NCBI GenBank assembly: GCA_934527325.1
Contig: CAKTAG010000001.1
Span: 26,785-90,784 of the forward strand
DNA: 64,000 nucleotides
Source: an uncultured Candidatus Soleaferrea sp.
GTDB lineage: Bacteria > Bacillota > Clostridia > Oscillospirales > Ruminococcaceae
Direction: 5' to 3'
A program made the translations under genes and the position numbers. Positions 19,185 to 28,420 of this stretch are shown here, in pieces (position 1 is the first letter of the stretch; each line of letters opens with the position of its first letter). Under the pieces are notes generated by a model. It ran no database searches, was not told the origin of the DNA, and was given only the letters and a program-made list of their open reading frames with translations.

Positions 19185-20918
19185 ATGAAAGATATTAACG
19201 GATTAAAAAAAGTTTTAGATGTTTTTATAGCATCTCTTATGGCAATCTCTTGTGTTACTCCAGTTGTGGCATCTAGTGAGTATGAAGATTTTGAAGTACC
19301 AGCTACAGCAACCCCTTCGGCAGCAACAGCAACTAGCGATGACCCATCAGCTAGAGATTGTGAAGTACCAGCAGCGGCAGCAGCAACTAGCGAAGTACCA
19401 TCAGCTAGAGATTATGAAGTACCAGCAGCGGCAGCAGCAACTAGCGAAGTACCATCAGCTGAAGATTGTGAAGTACCAGCGGCAGCAGCAACAGCAGTAG
19501 AGGATAAAGTTAAATTGCACTTTAAATGTAATAAACCAGGTGTATTGAAAACTGATTATAAAGAAAGTGAATGTAGTTATTGTAATGCTAGGTTTGATTT
19601 GGGAGAAGTTGTTAACAACGAATCTTTAATTTCAAAATCAGAGATAAAAGCTAAAAATTTAACTACAGGACAAGATGTTGTGTGTTATTGGGATCATGGA
19701 AGTTGGGGTTACTTTATGATTGTAAATGCAAACCCAGGTGATGAATTGGAAGTAACTATTACATTGCCAGATAGTGATGATGAAGCACCAGCAGCGGCGG
19801 CAGCAGTAACTAGTGATGGCCCATCAGCTAGAGATTGTGAAGTACCGGCTGCAGCTAGCGAAGTACCATCAGCTGAAGATTGTGAAGTACCGGCTGCAGC
19901 TAGCGAAGTACCATCAGCTGAAGATTATGAAGTACCAGCTGCAGCAGCAGCAGTAGCAGATAAAGTTAAAGTTGTTTTTAAATGTAATGTACCTGGTGCA
20001 TTAGAAGTTGATAGTAAAGAAATAGATGTATATGGTGAGATATTAAATTTTGCTCCTGGAGCTGGTATAGTTAAAAATGGTTTTGATTTCCGAAACGCGG
20101 AGGAAATGGTTGGCCAGCAATGCATTGTTGAAATAAATAATGTTAGCAAAAAGATAAGCGTATTGCCATATGCAGGTGTAGAAGAAGTAGTTTTAAATAT
20201 CACAGTAAGCATTCCAAATACAGTTGCAGTATGGCAAGATCCTAATTTGTTCCCTTTGTTAATTGCGCAACAGGCAGCAACAGGTGAATTACATATTCCT
20301 GCTGGTGTTGGGTTAACGTATACAACTTTTGAGGGTATTGCTCCAGCTATATTGCAACAGTTTAGAACAATTGTATTTGATGGTGATGTAACCATTGAAA
20401 ACGTAACAGATAGACCATGTTTATATGATGGTCGAAGTGGTATTGGTGCATTTCGCGATTTTGAAAATTTAGAGAATTATATAGTAGTAGGTAGAGATTA
20501 CAAAACAGATGAAGAGGTTAAGGCAAATGTTAGACAGGGGGAATTTTATTCTTATAACGGACTACTATGTAGGTATAGTGCAGTGCATGCAGGAAATCGA
20601 ATACGAAACACTTATGCACTGTTAAGTTGCCCAAGAAATATGAATTTCCAATATGCAGTATTTGTGTTACCACAGCATATACAAACAATAGGTACATATG
20701 CAATAAGTAGTAATCCTCATATAAACTCTGTTGATGGAAGAAATATTATGTGTGCAATGAGGCGTGCAATGTTTAATTTGCAAAATCTTCAATCAGTTTT
20801 ATGTAATATAAGTGAACGAAGATGCAATAGTGTTATTGTAAACTGTCCTAATTTTAGAATGTCAAGTAGCAGCTCAAGCAGCTCTAGTAGCTCAAGTAGT
20901 AGTTCTGGAAGGTTCTAG
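19185..20918 (+). CDS. Secreted repeat protein with a divergent BspA-like LRR C-domain and poly-Ser tail
   Basis: Signal peptide MKDINGLKKVLDVFIASLMAISCVTPVVASS. Two blocks of acidic Cys-containing E(D/Y)CEVPAAAA repeats each precede a KVK..FKCN.PG domain. It carries an LRR_5-like FVLPQHIQTIGTYAIS and ends S14-GRF. Confidence 0.8.
   Translation: MKDINGLKKVLDVFIASLMAISCVTPVVASSEYEDFEVPATATPSAATATSDDPSARDCEVPAAAAATSEVPSARDYEVPAAAAATSEVPSAEDCEVPAAAATAVEDKVKLHFKCNKPGVLKTDYKESECSYCNARFDLGEVVNNESLISKSEIKAKNLTTGQDVVCYWDHGSWGYFMIVNANPGDELEVTITLPDSDDEAPAAAAAVTSDGPSARDCEVPAAASEVPSAEDCEVPAAASEVPSAEDYEVPAAAAAVADKVKVVFKCNVPGALEVDSKEIDVYGEILNFAPGAGIVKNGFDFRNAEEMVGQQCIVEINNVSKKISVLPYAGVEEVVLNITVSIPNTVAVWQDPNLFPLLIAQQAATGELHIPAGVGLTYTTFEGIAPAILQQFRTIVFDGDVTIENVTDRPCLYDGRSGIGAFRDFENLENYIVVGRDYKTDEEVKANVRQGEFYSYNGLLCRYSAVHAGNRIRNTYALLSCPRNMNFQYAVFVLPQHIQTIGTYAISSNPHINSVDGRNIMCAMRRAMFNLQNLQSVLCNISERRCNSVIVNCPNFRMSSSSSSSSSSSSSSSGRF
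19329..19490 (+). repeat. 3 x 54-bp in-frame tandem repeat
   Basis: Units start at 19329, 19383 and 19437 (GCAACTAGCGA...GCGGCAGCA) and encode ATS(DD/EV)PSA(R/E)D(C/Y)EVPAAAA. Confidence 0.9.
19806..19940 (+). repeat. 3 x 45-bp in-frame tandem repeat
   Basis: Units start at 19806, 19851 and 19896 and encode AASEVPSAEDCEVPA-type 15-mers. Confidence 0.85.
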
Positions 20919-20962
20919 TAAAATAGAAAAAGTTTGTTTGTAAAGGAAGAAAACTTGTTAAA

Positions 20963-22123
20963 ATGAAAGATATTAACGGATTAAAAAAAGTTTTAGATGT
21001 TTTTATAGCATCTCTTATGGCAATCTCTTGTGTTACTCCAGTTATGGCATCTAGTGAGTGTGAAGAACCTCCACCTCCTTTTTTTGACTTGCCTAAGATG
21101 ATTAGATTTGGAGAATCAGCTGAAGATTGTGAAGTGCCAAAAACAGATAAATGTAGAGTTGTTTTTAAATGTAATGTACCTGATGCGTTAGAAGTTGATA
21201 GTAAAGAAATAAGTACACATTATAGTTTGTTAAATTTTACTCCTGGAGCTGGCATAATTAAAGATGGTTTTAGCTTTCAAAGTGTAGAACCTGCAAGTAG
21301 CCGAGAATGTTATTTTGAAAAACTTGATGAAAAAAGAGGTACAGTAAATGAGTATGAATTACGGCCGTATGGTAGAAGAAATTTATTTTTAGATGTTACG
21401 GTAAAAATTCCAAACACAGTTGAAGCTTGGCAAGGTGTGAAAGAAATTCCAAATACAGCTGAAATATGGAATGAATCAGGATTATTACCTGGGTTAATTG
21501 CTCAACAGGCAGCAAAAGGGGATGTATTACATATTCCTGCTGGTGCTAAGTTAAAGTATACAACTTTTGATGGTATGGCTCCAGATACATTGCAAAGATT
21601 TAAAACAGTTGTATTTGATGGTGATGTAATCATTGATAAAATAACAAATAGACAAACTTTATATTATGGTAAGAGTGGTATTGGTGCATTTCGCGAATTT
21701 AAGAATTTAGAGAATTATATAGTAGAGGGTAGAGATTACAAGACAGAGAAAGAGGCTTGGAACGAAGTTGATGAGCAGAAATGTGGTTGGGGGAAAGTAA
21801 TAGTTTATTCTTATCACGGACAATTATGTGCGTTAGGTTACGTAAACGAAAATCGCTACGATTCAAGGAAGTTTCCTGCTTATGCATTATTAAGTTGCCC
21901 AAAAAACATGAAATTCAAAGATTCGGTATTTGTGCTTCCAGGGCATATACAAACAATAGGTGCATATGCAATAAGTGGTAATCCTAATATAGAGTGTGTT
22001 GATGCAAGAAAGATTAAACATACAATCAGGCATGCAATATTTGATTTACCAAATCTTCGAACAGTATATACAGAGAGATGTTACCGTATAGATGTTGTAA
22101 ATTGTCCTAATTATGTTTTTTAA
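20963..22123 (+). CDS. Secreted paralog of 19185-20918 (no long repeat blocks)
   Basis: It shares the same ~120-bp 5' module (SD plus signal peptide) and is collinear through the FKCNVP and LRR-like domains. Confidence 0.8.
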   Translation: MKDINGLKKVLDVFIASLMAISCVTPVMASSECEEPPPPFFDLPKMIRFGESAEDCEVPKTDKCRVVFKCNVPDALEVDSKEISTHYSLLNFTPGAGIIKDGFSFQSVEPASSRECYFEKLDEKRGTVNEYELRPYGRRNLFLDVTVKIPNTVEAWQGVKEIPNTAEIWNESGLLPGLIAQQAAKGDVLHIPAGAKLKYTTFDGMAPDTLQRFKTVVFDGDVIIDKITNRQTLYYGKSGIGAFREFKNLENYIVEGRDYKTEKEAWNEVDEQKCGWGKVIVYSYHGQLCALGYVNENRYDSRKFPAYALLSCPKNMKFKDSVFVLPGHIQTIGAYAISGNPNIECVDARKIKHTIRHAIFDLPNLRTVYTERCYRIDVVNCPNYVF

Positions 22124-22173
22124 AATCAGATTTAAAAATTTAAAATATACAATAAATAATATATAAGTAAAAA

Positions 22174-22204
22174 ACACTACTTTTTAATAAAGTGGTGTTT
22201 TTTT
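22174..22204 (+). terminator. Rho-independent terminator
   Basis: A 10-bp stem, ACACTACTTT with AAAGTGGTGT, followed by a T6 run. Confidence 0.7.
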
Positions 22205-22401
22205 AACTACTTGTGGTTGTCAGGCCTGTTCAAATGGCTTTTAGCACTGCTAGTAATCATACAATTATAGTGTTGAACAAACCACTGGCTTAGCTGGTGG
22301 TTTTGGTTTAAGTGTAAAAAAGGTGGTATGAATACATTGTGTTGGTAGAGATTTTAACCAAAAGTGACAATTTAAATTGTATATATTTTATTTAAATTGT
22401 A

Positions 22402-22469
22402 CAACATGTAAAATATTGTTATTGTGGAATATTTTACATGTTGACATGGTTTTTAATGTGTAATATACT
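22402..22469 (+). promoter_or_regulatory. Perfect 16-bp inverted repeat overlapping a consensus promoter
   Basis: CAACATGTAAAATATT (22402-22417), a 10-nt spacer, then AATATTTTACATGTTG (22428-22443). The promoter is TTGACA (22441-22446), a 17-nt spacer, then TATACT (22464-22469). Confidence 0.55.
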
Positions 22470-22531
22470 ATATTATAGTGTATTTTTAATTAAATTAATA
22501 TTTTAGCAGTTAAAAAAGGAGGGGTGTTCAA

Positions 22532-22948
22532 ATGAATTTAAATATGAATTGCTGTAAAAAAATATTCAATGTATTTTTAGTTTTATTTGTAGTAATTTAT
22601 TGTTGTGTACCTGTTTTAGCATCTAGTAACAGTAATGGAATGGTGCAAAATTTTGGTGTTGAAGATGTTGCTAGTAGTAAACAGCGTTATAGTATTAGGT
22701 TTATAAATAATAATAGTTATTCAGTTGAGCTATTTGGTGCATCGCAAGATATTGTAATGAAAGAAGAAAATAGCATTATAAATTTAAACATATTATTAAA
22801 AACAGATGAAAAACATAAAGTTACACATTATAAAATAATAATAGAAGATGAATTAAACTTTTGCACAATAGATAAGAAAGCTGCTGCTAGATTTAAAATG
22901 CCTAGAAATAATATAATAGTAATTCCTATTTTTAATAGCGTAAAATAG
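22532..22948 (+). CDS. Small secreted protein (hypothetical)
   Basis: AGGAGG SD and a signal peptide ending VPVLASS. I recognise no motif. Confidence 0.65.
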   Translation: MNLNMNCCKKIFNVFLVLFVVIYCCVPVLASSNSNGMVQNFGVEDVASSKQRYSIRFINNNSYSVELFGASQDIVMKEENSIINLNILLKTDEKHKVTHYKIIIEDELNFCTIDKKAAARFKMPRNNIIVIPIFNSVK

Positions 22949-23083
22949 CACAAAAGTTTGTATAAAAAATAAAACATTAACAATTGGCAGAATGTAGAAA
23001 AATAAATTCTAAAAGTAGATTTTGTTATTAAATTTATTTTTGGAATTTATTTTGTTTTTGCAAAGTAAATTTTTTCATAACTC

Positions 23084-23112
23084 TTGAATTTTATAGTGTG
23101 ATAAGCTATAAT
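23084..23112 (+). promoter_or_regulatory. Candidate yajC promoter
   Basis: TTGAAT (23084-23089), a 17-nt spacer, then TATAAT (23107-23112). Confidence 0.5.
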
Positions 23113-23164
23113 ATTAATTGAATTAAATAGATTTTGTTTATTAATAGAAAGGGTTTGTTTTGTA

Positions 23165-23548
23165 ATGTATGGTAATTATGTAATTTTTTTAGCAAATACT
23201 ACAGCGGCGCAGCAAGGTCAGGTTAAGCCACCAATGGCTGGGCTTAATATGATTTTTGTATTATTTTTTGTAGTTTTAATGTATTTTTTAACTATAAGGC
23301 CACAGAAAAAAAAGGAAAAAGAAGCGGAACAATTAAGGTCTAACATAGATATAGGTGATGAAATAGTAACTATTGGTGGAATAATAGGTACAGTAGTTTC
23401 TATAAAAGATGATTTTATTGTTATAGAAACTGGTGGCGATAGAAACAAAATTAGAATAAATAAATGGGCTATTCATTCTAATAATACTGCTACAGAAAGA
23501 AAGCAAAAGGAATCACAAGTTAAAAGTAAATTAAATAAAGAAAAATAA
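23165..23548 (+). CDS. yajC: Preprotein translocase subunit YajC
   Basis: A TM segment followed by RPQKKKEKE...GDEIVTIGGIIGTVVSIKDDFIVIE. The start codon is uncertain. Confidence 0.85.
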   Translation: MYGNYVIFLANTTAAQQGQVKPPMAGLNMIFVLFFVVLMYFLTIRPQKKKEKEAEQLRSNIDIGDEIVTIGGIIGTVVSIKDDFIVIETGGDRNKIRINKWAIHSNNTATERKQKESQVKSKLNKEK

Positions 23549-23698
23549 TAGCTGCATTGTTTTTGCATTTTTTTATTTGGTTTAATAAACCAAAAAGTTA
23601 TCATAAAAACATCTTTTAAAAACATATTATTTACTAAATGGTTTGTGTTAACCATAGTATTATTTTGTGTTGCTGTTTAAGGGAAAGGGTTTTTATAT

Positions 23699-24115
23699 AT
23701 GAAAGATGCAAAAATTAATAATGATGGATTTACAGAAATAACTGGCATTTTTAATCCATTAATAAAAGGAACATTAGTAGGTGTTATATCTATAATTTTA
23801 CTTAGTGTGTTATTTGCTGTTATGGTTGGGTATTCTTTAATATCAACGTCTGCAATTAAATTAATTTCTATAATAACTTTATTTGTAGGTAGTTTGCTTG
23901 GGGCGTATGTAACAGCTAAAAAACATGGCTGCAATGGCATGTTTTTAGGTATAATTACTGGGTTGTTTATTTTGTTTTTAGTAATAGTAGCAGGCTTGTT
24001 ATTTCAAACAATATCCTTTTGTGTAATAGATTTTTCTTTATTTTTTGTTAAACTTTTTGGCCTTATGTTAGCGGGTGCTATTGGTGGAATAATTGGAATT
24101 AATGTAAGGCAATAA
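23699..24115 (+). CDS. Small polytopic membrane protein (TIGR04086-like, commonly between yajC and SCIFF)
   Basis: A 138-aa protein with four hydrophobic segments, plus synteny. Confidence 0.6.
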   Translation: MKDAKINNDGFTEITGIFNPLIKGTLVGVISIILLSVLFAVMVGYSLISTSAIKLISIITLFVGSLLGAYVTAKKHGCNGMFLGIITGLFILFLVIVAGLLFQTISFCVIDFSLFFVKLFGLMLAGAIGGIIGINVRQ

Positions 24116-24271
24116 TGTATGTTAATCTGTTAATATCAGTTAGCTTAATATTTACCACTGTTAAGTTGCTGTTTATTATAAATAACGGCTCTGTTTATTG
24201 AGCTGCTAATTTTTTATATATTACAATACCTAAAAAATTATTTATAGCTTAATATGTAAGGGGGGAACAAC

Positions 24272-24412
24272 ATGAAATTTGTTAAAACTTTAAATTCTGA
24301 TGTTTTAAAAAAATCTACAGTAAAAGGTGGTTGTGGGGAATGCCAAGCATCATGCCAATCTGCTTGTAAATCATCTTGTACAACAGCTAACCAAAAATGT
24401 GAAAAAAAATAA
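24272..24412 (+). CDS. scfA: Six-cysteine peptide SCIFF (ranthipeptide precursor)
   Basis: A 46-aa ORF below the track cutoff: MKFVKTLNSDVLKKSTVKGGCGECQASCQSACKSSCTTANQKCEKK*. It follows an AAGGGGGG SD. Confidence 0.92.
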   Translation: MKFVKTLNSDVLKKSTVKGGCGECQASCQSACKSSCTTANQKCEKK

Positions 24413-24572
24413 TTTTTTGCCGCCTTATTTTAGACGGCAGAAATTGTATTAAAAAAGTTGTAAAAAACTTATTAAAAATTGCGTTAGAAAAGTTTGGGAC
24501 GGTAGATTTTTCTAGCGCAATTTTTAATAAACAAAATTAATATATTTTATATACAAGGAGAAATGAATTATT

Positions 24573-25988
24573 TTGATACATAAATATTATTTGAATGGAT
24601 TATATATATTGTTGGATGTTAATAGTGGAGCTGTACATATAGTAAATAAAATTATCTTTGATATATTAGATTACATATCTTTACCATTACCTGAAGAATG
24701 CCCAGAAAATATTTTAAATAGTGAGGGGTTAAAACTTTACAGTAGGCAAGATATTGTAGATGGATATAATGAAATAAAATATTTATTTAAAATAGGGCAA
24801 TTGTTTAGCGAAGATGAATATGAAAAATTTGTTAATAATCAGTTTAAAATGCCAGTTAAAGCGGTTTGCCTGCATGTTGCCCATGATTGTAATTTAAGAT
24901 GTAAATATTGTTTTGCTTCAACGGGAAATTTTGGACGTAACAGAGAATTGATGTCTGTAGATGTAGGTAAAAAGGCAATTGATTTTTTATTAAAGCATTC
25001 AGAAGGTAGAAAGAATTTAGAGCTCGATTTTTTTGGTGGGGAACCACTTATGAATTTTGATGTAGTTAAAGAAATAGTAAAATATGCTAGAGAACAAGAA
25101 AAAATATATAATAAAAATTTTAGGTTTACAATAACTACTAACGGAATATTATTAGATGATGACAAAATAGATTTTATAAATAAAGAGATGTCTAACGTTG
25201 TTTTATCATTAGATGGTAGAAAAGAAGTTAATGATAAAATGCGCCCAACATTTAATGGTAAAGGCTCTTATGATGTTATAGTGCCTAAGTTTAAGAAATT
25301 AGTGACAAAACGTGGTGGTGATAAATATTACATTAGAGGTACATTTACTGCAAATAATTTAGATTTTACTAATGATATAATTCATTTTGCAGATTTGGGG
25401 TTTGACCAAATTTCAATAGAGCCGGTTGTTACAGATTTAAAAAACGATTATGCAATAACATATGATGATATACCTAAAATATTTAATGAGTATGAAACTT
25501 TGTTAAACGAGATGATAAGAAGGTATAAAAATAAACAAAGTTTAATAAGTAATGGCGGCGATGTAGATAATATAGATAATGTTGATAAGCCGTTTAATTT
25601 TTTTCATTTTATGGTAGATTTAGAACAAGGTCCTTGTGCAATAAAAAGGCTAAGAGGTTGTGGAAGTGGTAATGAATATGTAGCTATTACTCCTAAAGGT
25701 GATATATACCCATGCCACCAGTTTGTAGGTATGCCAGAATGGAAGATGGGTAGTGTTATTGATGATAGTTTTGATTTGAAAATAAAAAAAATTTTTGCAG
25801 ATACAAACATATATACTAAAGAAGATTGTAGAAATTGTTGGGCAAAATTTTATTGTAGTGGAGGTTGTAGTGCAAATAATTTACTATATGCAGGGGCGTT
25901 AAATAAACCATATAAACTTAGTTGCGAGATGATGAAAAAAAGGTTAGAATGTGCTATAATGTTAAGAGCAGTTGAAAAAGGTTTTTAG
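24573..25988 (+). CDS. scfB: SCIFF radical SAM maturase
   Basis: CNLRCKYC radical-SAM cluster, a C-terminal SPASM-type Cys-rich region, and a position immediately after scfA. Confidence 0.9.
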   Translation: MIHKYYLNGLYILLDVNSGAVHIVNKIIFDILDYISLPLPEECPENILNSEGLKLYSRQDIVDGYNEIKYLFKIGQLFSEDEYEKFVNNQFKMPVKAVCLHVAHDCNLRCKYCFASTGNFGRNRELMSVDVGKKAIDFLLKHSEGRKNLELDFFGGEPLMNFDVVKEIVKYAREQEKIYNKNFRFTITTNGILLDDDKIDFINKEMSNVVLSLDGRKEVNDKMRPTFNGKGSYDVIVPKFKKLVTKRGGDKYYIRGTFTANNLDFTNDIIHFADLGFDQISIEPVVTDLKNDYAITYDDIPKIFNEYETLLNEMIRRYKNKQSLISNGGDVDNIDNVDKPFNFFHFMVDLEQGPCAIKRLRGCGSGNEYVAITPKGDIYPCHQFVGMPEWKMGSVIDDSFDLKIKKIFADTNIYTKEDCRNCWAKFYCSGGCSANNLLYAGALNKPYKLSCEMMKKRLECAIMLRAVEKGF

Positions 25989-26161
25989 GCATAAAAATAT
26001 TTTTAGTTAAATTTTAGGTTTACTGTTGTAAACTTTAAGATGTAAAAGTTTTTTTATAACTTGCATGTTTTTCTTAATTAATTTAATATAGCTAATAATA
26101 AAATATTTGTTGTGTAGAAATTGTTTTATACACTAAGCTTTTAGGGAATGGAGAATAATTT

Positions 26162-26857
26162 ATGAAAAAAATATTAGTGGTTGAAGATGAAGATGCGATA
26201 AGAGAATTTATAGTAATTAATTTAAAAAGGGCAGGTTATGAAGTAGTTAACGTTGCTAATGGAGAGGATGCATTAGAAATATTTAATAAAGATAAAAATC
26301 AGTTTCAGGTTGCTGTGTTAGATATTATGATGCCAGGAATAGATGGTTTTGAAGTTTGTAAAGAAATAAGGCGCAGTAATAGTAAAATGGGTATTATTAT
26401 GCTATCGGCTAAATCACAAGAGATGGACAAAGTTAGCGGGTTGATGATGGGCGCAGATGACTACATGGTGAAACCTTTTAGCCCATCGGAACTAGTTGCT
26501 AGGGTAGATGCAGTTAGTAGAAGAGTTTGTATGGTTATTGAAACAGAAAATAAAGATAAACTTATATCGGGGCCGTTTGTTATTGATTTTAAAAGCAAAG
26601 CGGTTTATAAATTAAATTCGGAAATAGACCTTACACAAATAGAATTTCAATTGATGGAATTTTTTATGAAAAATCCAGATGTAGCTAAAGATAGGCAAGA
26701 GATATTGACAAATGTTTGGGGTAACGATTATAGTGGAGATATAAAAATAGTAGATGTAAACATAAGACGTTTAAGGGTAAAAATAGAAGATGATCCATCT
26801 GACCCTAAATATATTGTAACCGTGTGGGGTTATGGGTATAAGTGGGGTATAAAATAA
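26162..26857 (+). CDS. OmpR-family response regulator
   Basis: A receiver domain (VLDIMMPGIDG) plus a winged-helix C-terminus (VWGYGYKW). Confidence 0.9.
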   Translation: MKKILVVEDEDAIREFIVINLKRAGYEVVNVANGEDALEIFNKDKNQFQVAVLDIMMPGIDGFEVCKEIRRSNSKMGIIMLSAKSQEMDKVSGLMMGADDYMVKPFSPSELVARVDAVSRRVCMVIETENKDKLISGPFVIDFKSKAVYKLNSEIDLTQIEFQLMEFFMKNPDVAKDRQEILTNVWGNDYSGDIKIVDVNIRRLRVKIEDDPSDPKYIVTVWGYGYKWGIK

Positions 26858-26904
26858 AAAGTGAAAAATTGCAATGTTAATTAAATTTTACAAGGAGGAT
26901 TTTT

Positions 26905-28332
26905 TTGGCAATAAATAAAATAACAAAAAGATGGTTTGTAAATAATTTTGTAGTTATTTTAGCGGTTCTTATTGTGGTAGAAATTCTTCTTGCATTAGGG
27001 GTAAAAAATTTTTATTACAATAGTGTAGAAAAATTTATAAAATCGCAAGGAATGGCCATATTAAATTTAATAGATAAAAGCTATAAAGATAGTTCATCAA
27101 ATTTAGAATTTGAAATAAGATCTATAGTAGAAGATTTTGACCAAAAGGATAAAATGGAATTAATGTTATTAAACTGCAAAGGTAAAATATTACTAACTTC
27201 TAATGGTTTTGGAGCTTATTTGAATGAAAAAATATATGATGATAATAATACAATCGAATCTATTAATAAAGATATTTTATCGCAAAAATATTCTCAAAGA
27301 GTTTACAAATTAAACGGTGAAAATGTAATAGCAGTTACTTACCCAATAGAAGCAAAAATTAAAGATGTAAGTTACATAGAATTTATTTCATCTGTGAAAT
27401 ATGTAGATAGGCAAATAGCAATAATTATTGCTATTAGTGTTTTAATTGGCATAGCTATTATACTTTTGGTTATTATTTCTAGTTCTTATTTTATACAATC
27501 AATAGTTGTTCCTGTAGATGAGATAGGTAAAACAGCTAAAAAAATTACGCAAGGTGATTTTAAGGCAAGGCTAGAAGTTAAAACAGATGATGAAATAGGG
27601 GAACTTTGCGAGACTATTAACCATATGGCCGAAGAATTAGCTGTTACCGAAAATATGAAAAATGAATTTATATCATCAATTTCTCATGAACTTAGAACAC
27701 CGCTTACAGCTATAAGGGGTTGGGCAGAAACAGTAAATAGTTGTGATTCTAACGATGAAGAACTTGTAAGAAAAGGTATGAGAGTAATAATAAGCGAAAC
27801 TGAAAGGCTTTCAATGATGGTGGAAGAATTATTGAATTTTTCTGGGTTGCAAAGCGGGAATATGAAGTTAATGTTAACTAAATTAGATTTAATTGCAGAA
27901 CTTGAGGATATCCTTATTGTTTTTGAAGAAAGAGCAAAAAAAGAAAAAATAAAGTTAGAGTCAAAGCTTTCTGATGAGTGCATACCAATAAATGGTGATA
28001 AAAATAGATTACGGCAAGTGTTTACTAACATAATAGATAATGCATTAAAATACTCTGAACAAGGTGCAAAGGTAATAGTAACAGCAGAAAAAAATACAAA
28101 ATTTGCACTTGTAAAAGTTATGGATAATGGATGTGGAATAAGACCTGAAGATGTTCCAAAAATAAAAACAAAATTTTACAAAGCGAATTATTCCAAAAGA
28201 GGTTCTGGTATAGGGTTAGCAGTAGCAGATGAAATAGTTAGGTTACATAATGGTTCTTTAGATGTTTACAGTGTAGAAGGTAAAGGCACTACAATAGTTG
28301 TACAAATACCTATATTAGTTAATAAATGTTAA
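26905..28332 (+). CDS. Sensor histidine kinase (2 TM, HAMP, HisKA, HATPase)
   Basis: H-box SHELRTPLT, and the G-boxes DNGCGI and GSGIGLA. Confidence 0.9.
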   Translation: MAINKITKRWFVNNFVVILAVLIVVEILLALGVKNFYYNSVEKFIKSQGMAILNLIDKSYKDSSSNLEFEIRSIVEDFDQKDKMELMLLNCKGKILLTSNGFGAYLNEKIYDDNNTIESINKDILSQKYSQRVYKLNGENVIAVTYPIEAKIKDVSYIEFISSVKYVDRQIAIIIAISVLIGIAIILLVIISSSYFIQSIVVPVDEIGKTAKKITQGDFKARLEVKTDDEIGELCETINHMAEELAVTENMKNEFISSISHELRTPLTAIRGWAETVNSCDSNDEELVRKGMRVIISETERLSMMVEELLNFSGLQSGNMKLMLTKLDLIAELEDILIVFEERAKKEKIKLESKLSDECIPINGDKNRLRQVFTNIIDNALKYSEQGAKVIVTAEKNTKFALVKVMDNGCGIRPEDVPKIKTKFYKANYSKRGSGIGLAVADEIVRLHNGSLDVYSVEGKGTTIVVQIPILVNKC

Positions 28333-28420
28333 TTAAATTAATATTTTAAATATTTGTATGGTTAAAGTTTAAAAGGTTAATTGTAATAAATTTTATAAAA
28401 AAAGGAAGGTTGAAATTTTT

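Noticed and set aside
19252-19500. An 82-aa Gln-rich ORF in an alternative frame of the 54-bp repeats.
   Set aside because: It is a shadow of the in-frame tandem repeat of the secreted protein, with no SD. The repeat periodicity alone explains the open frame.
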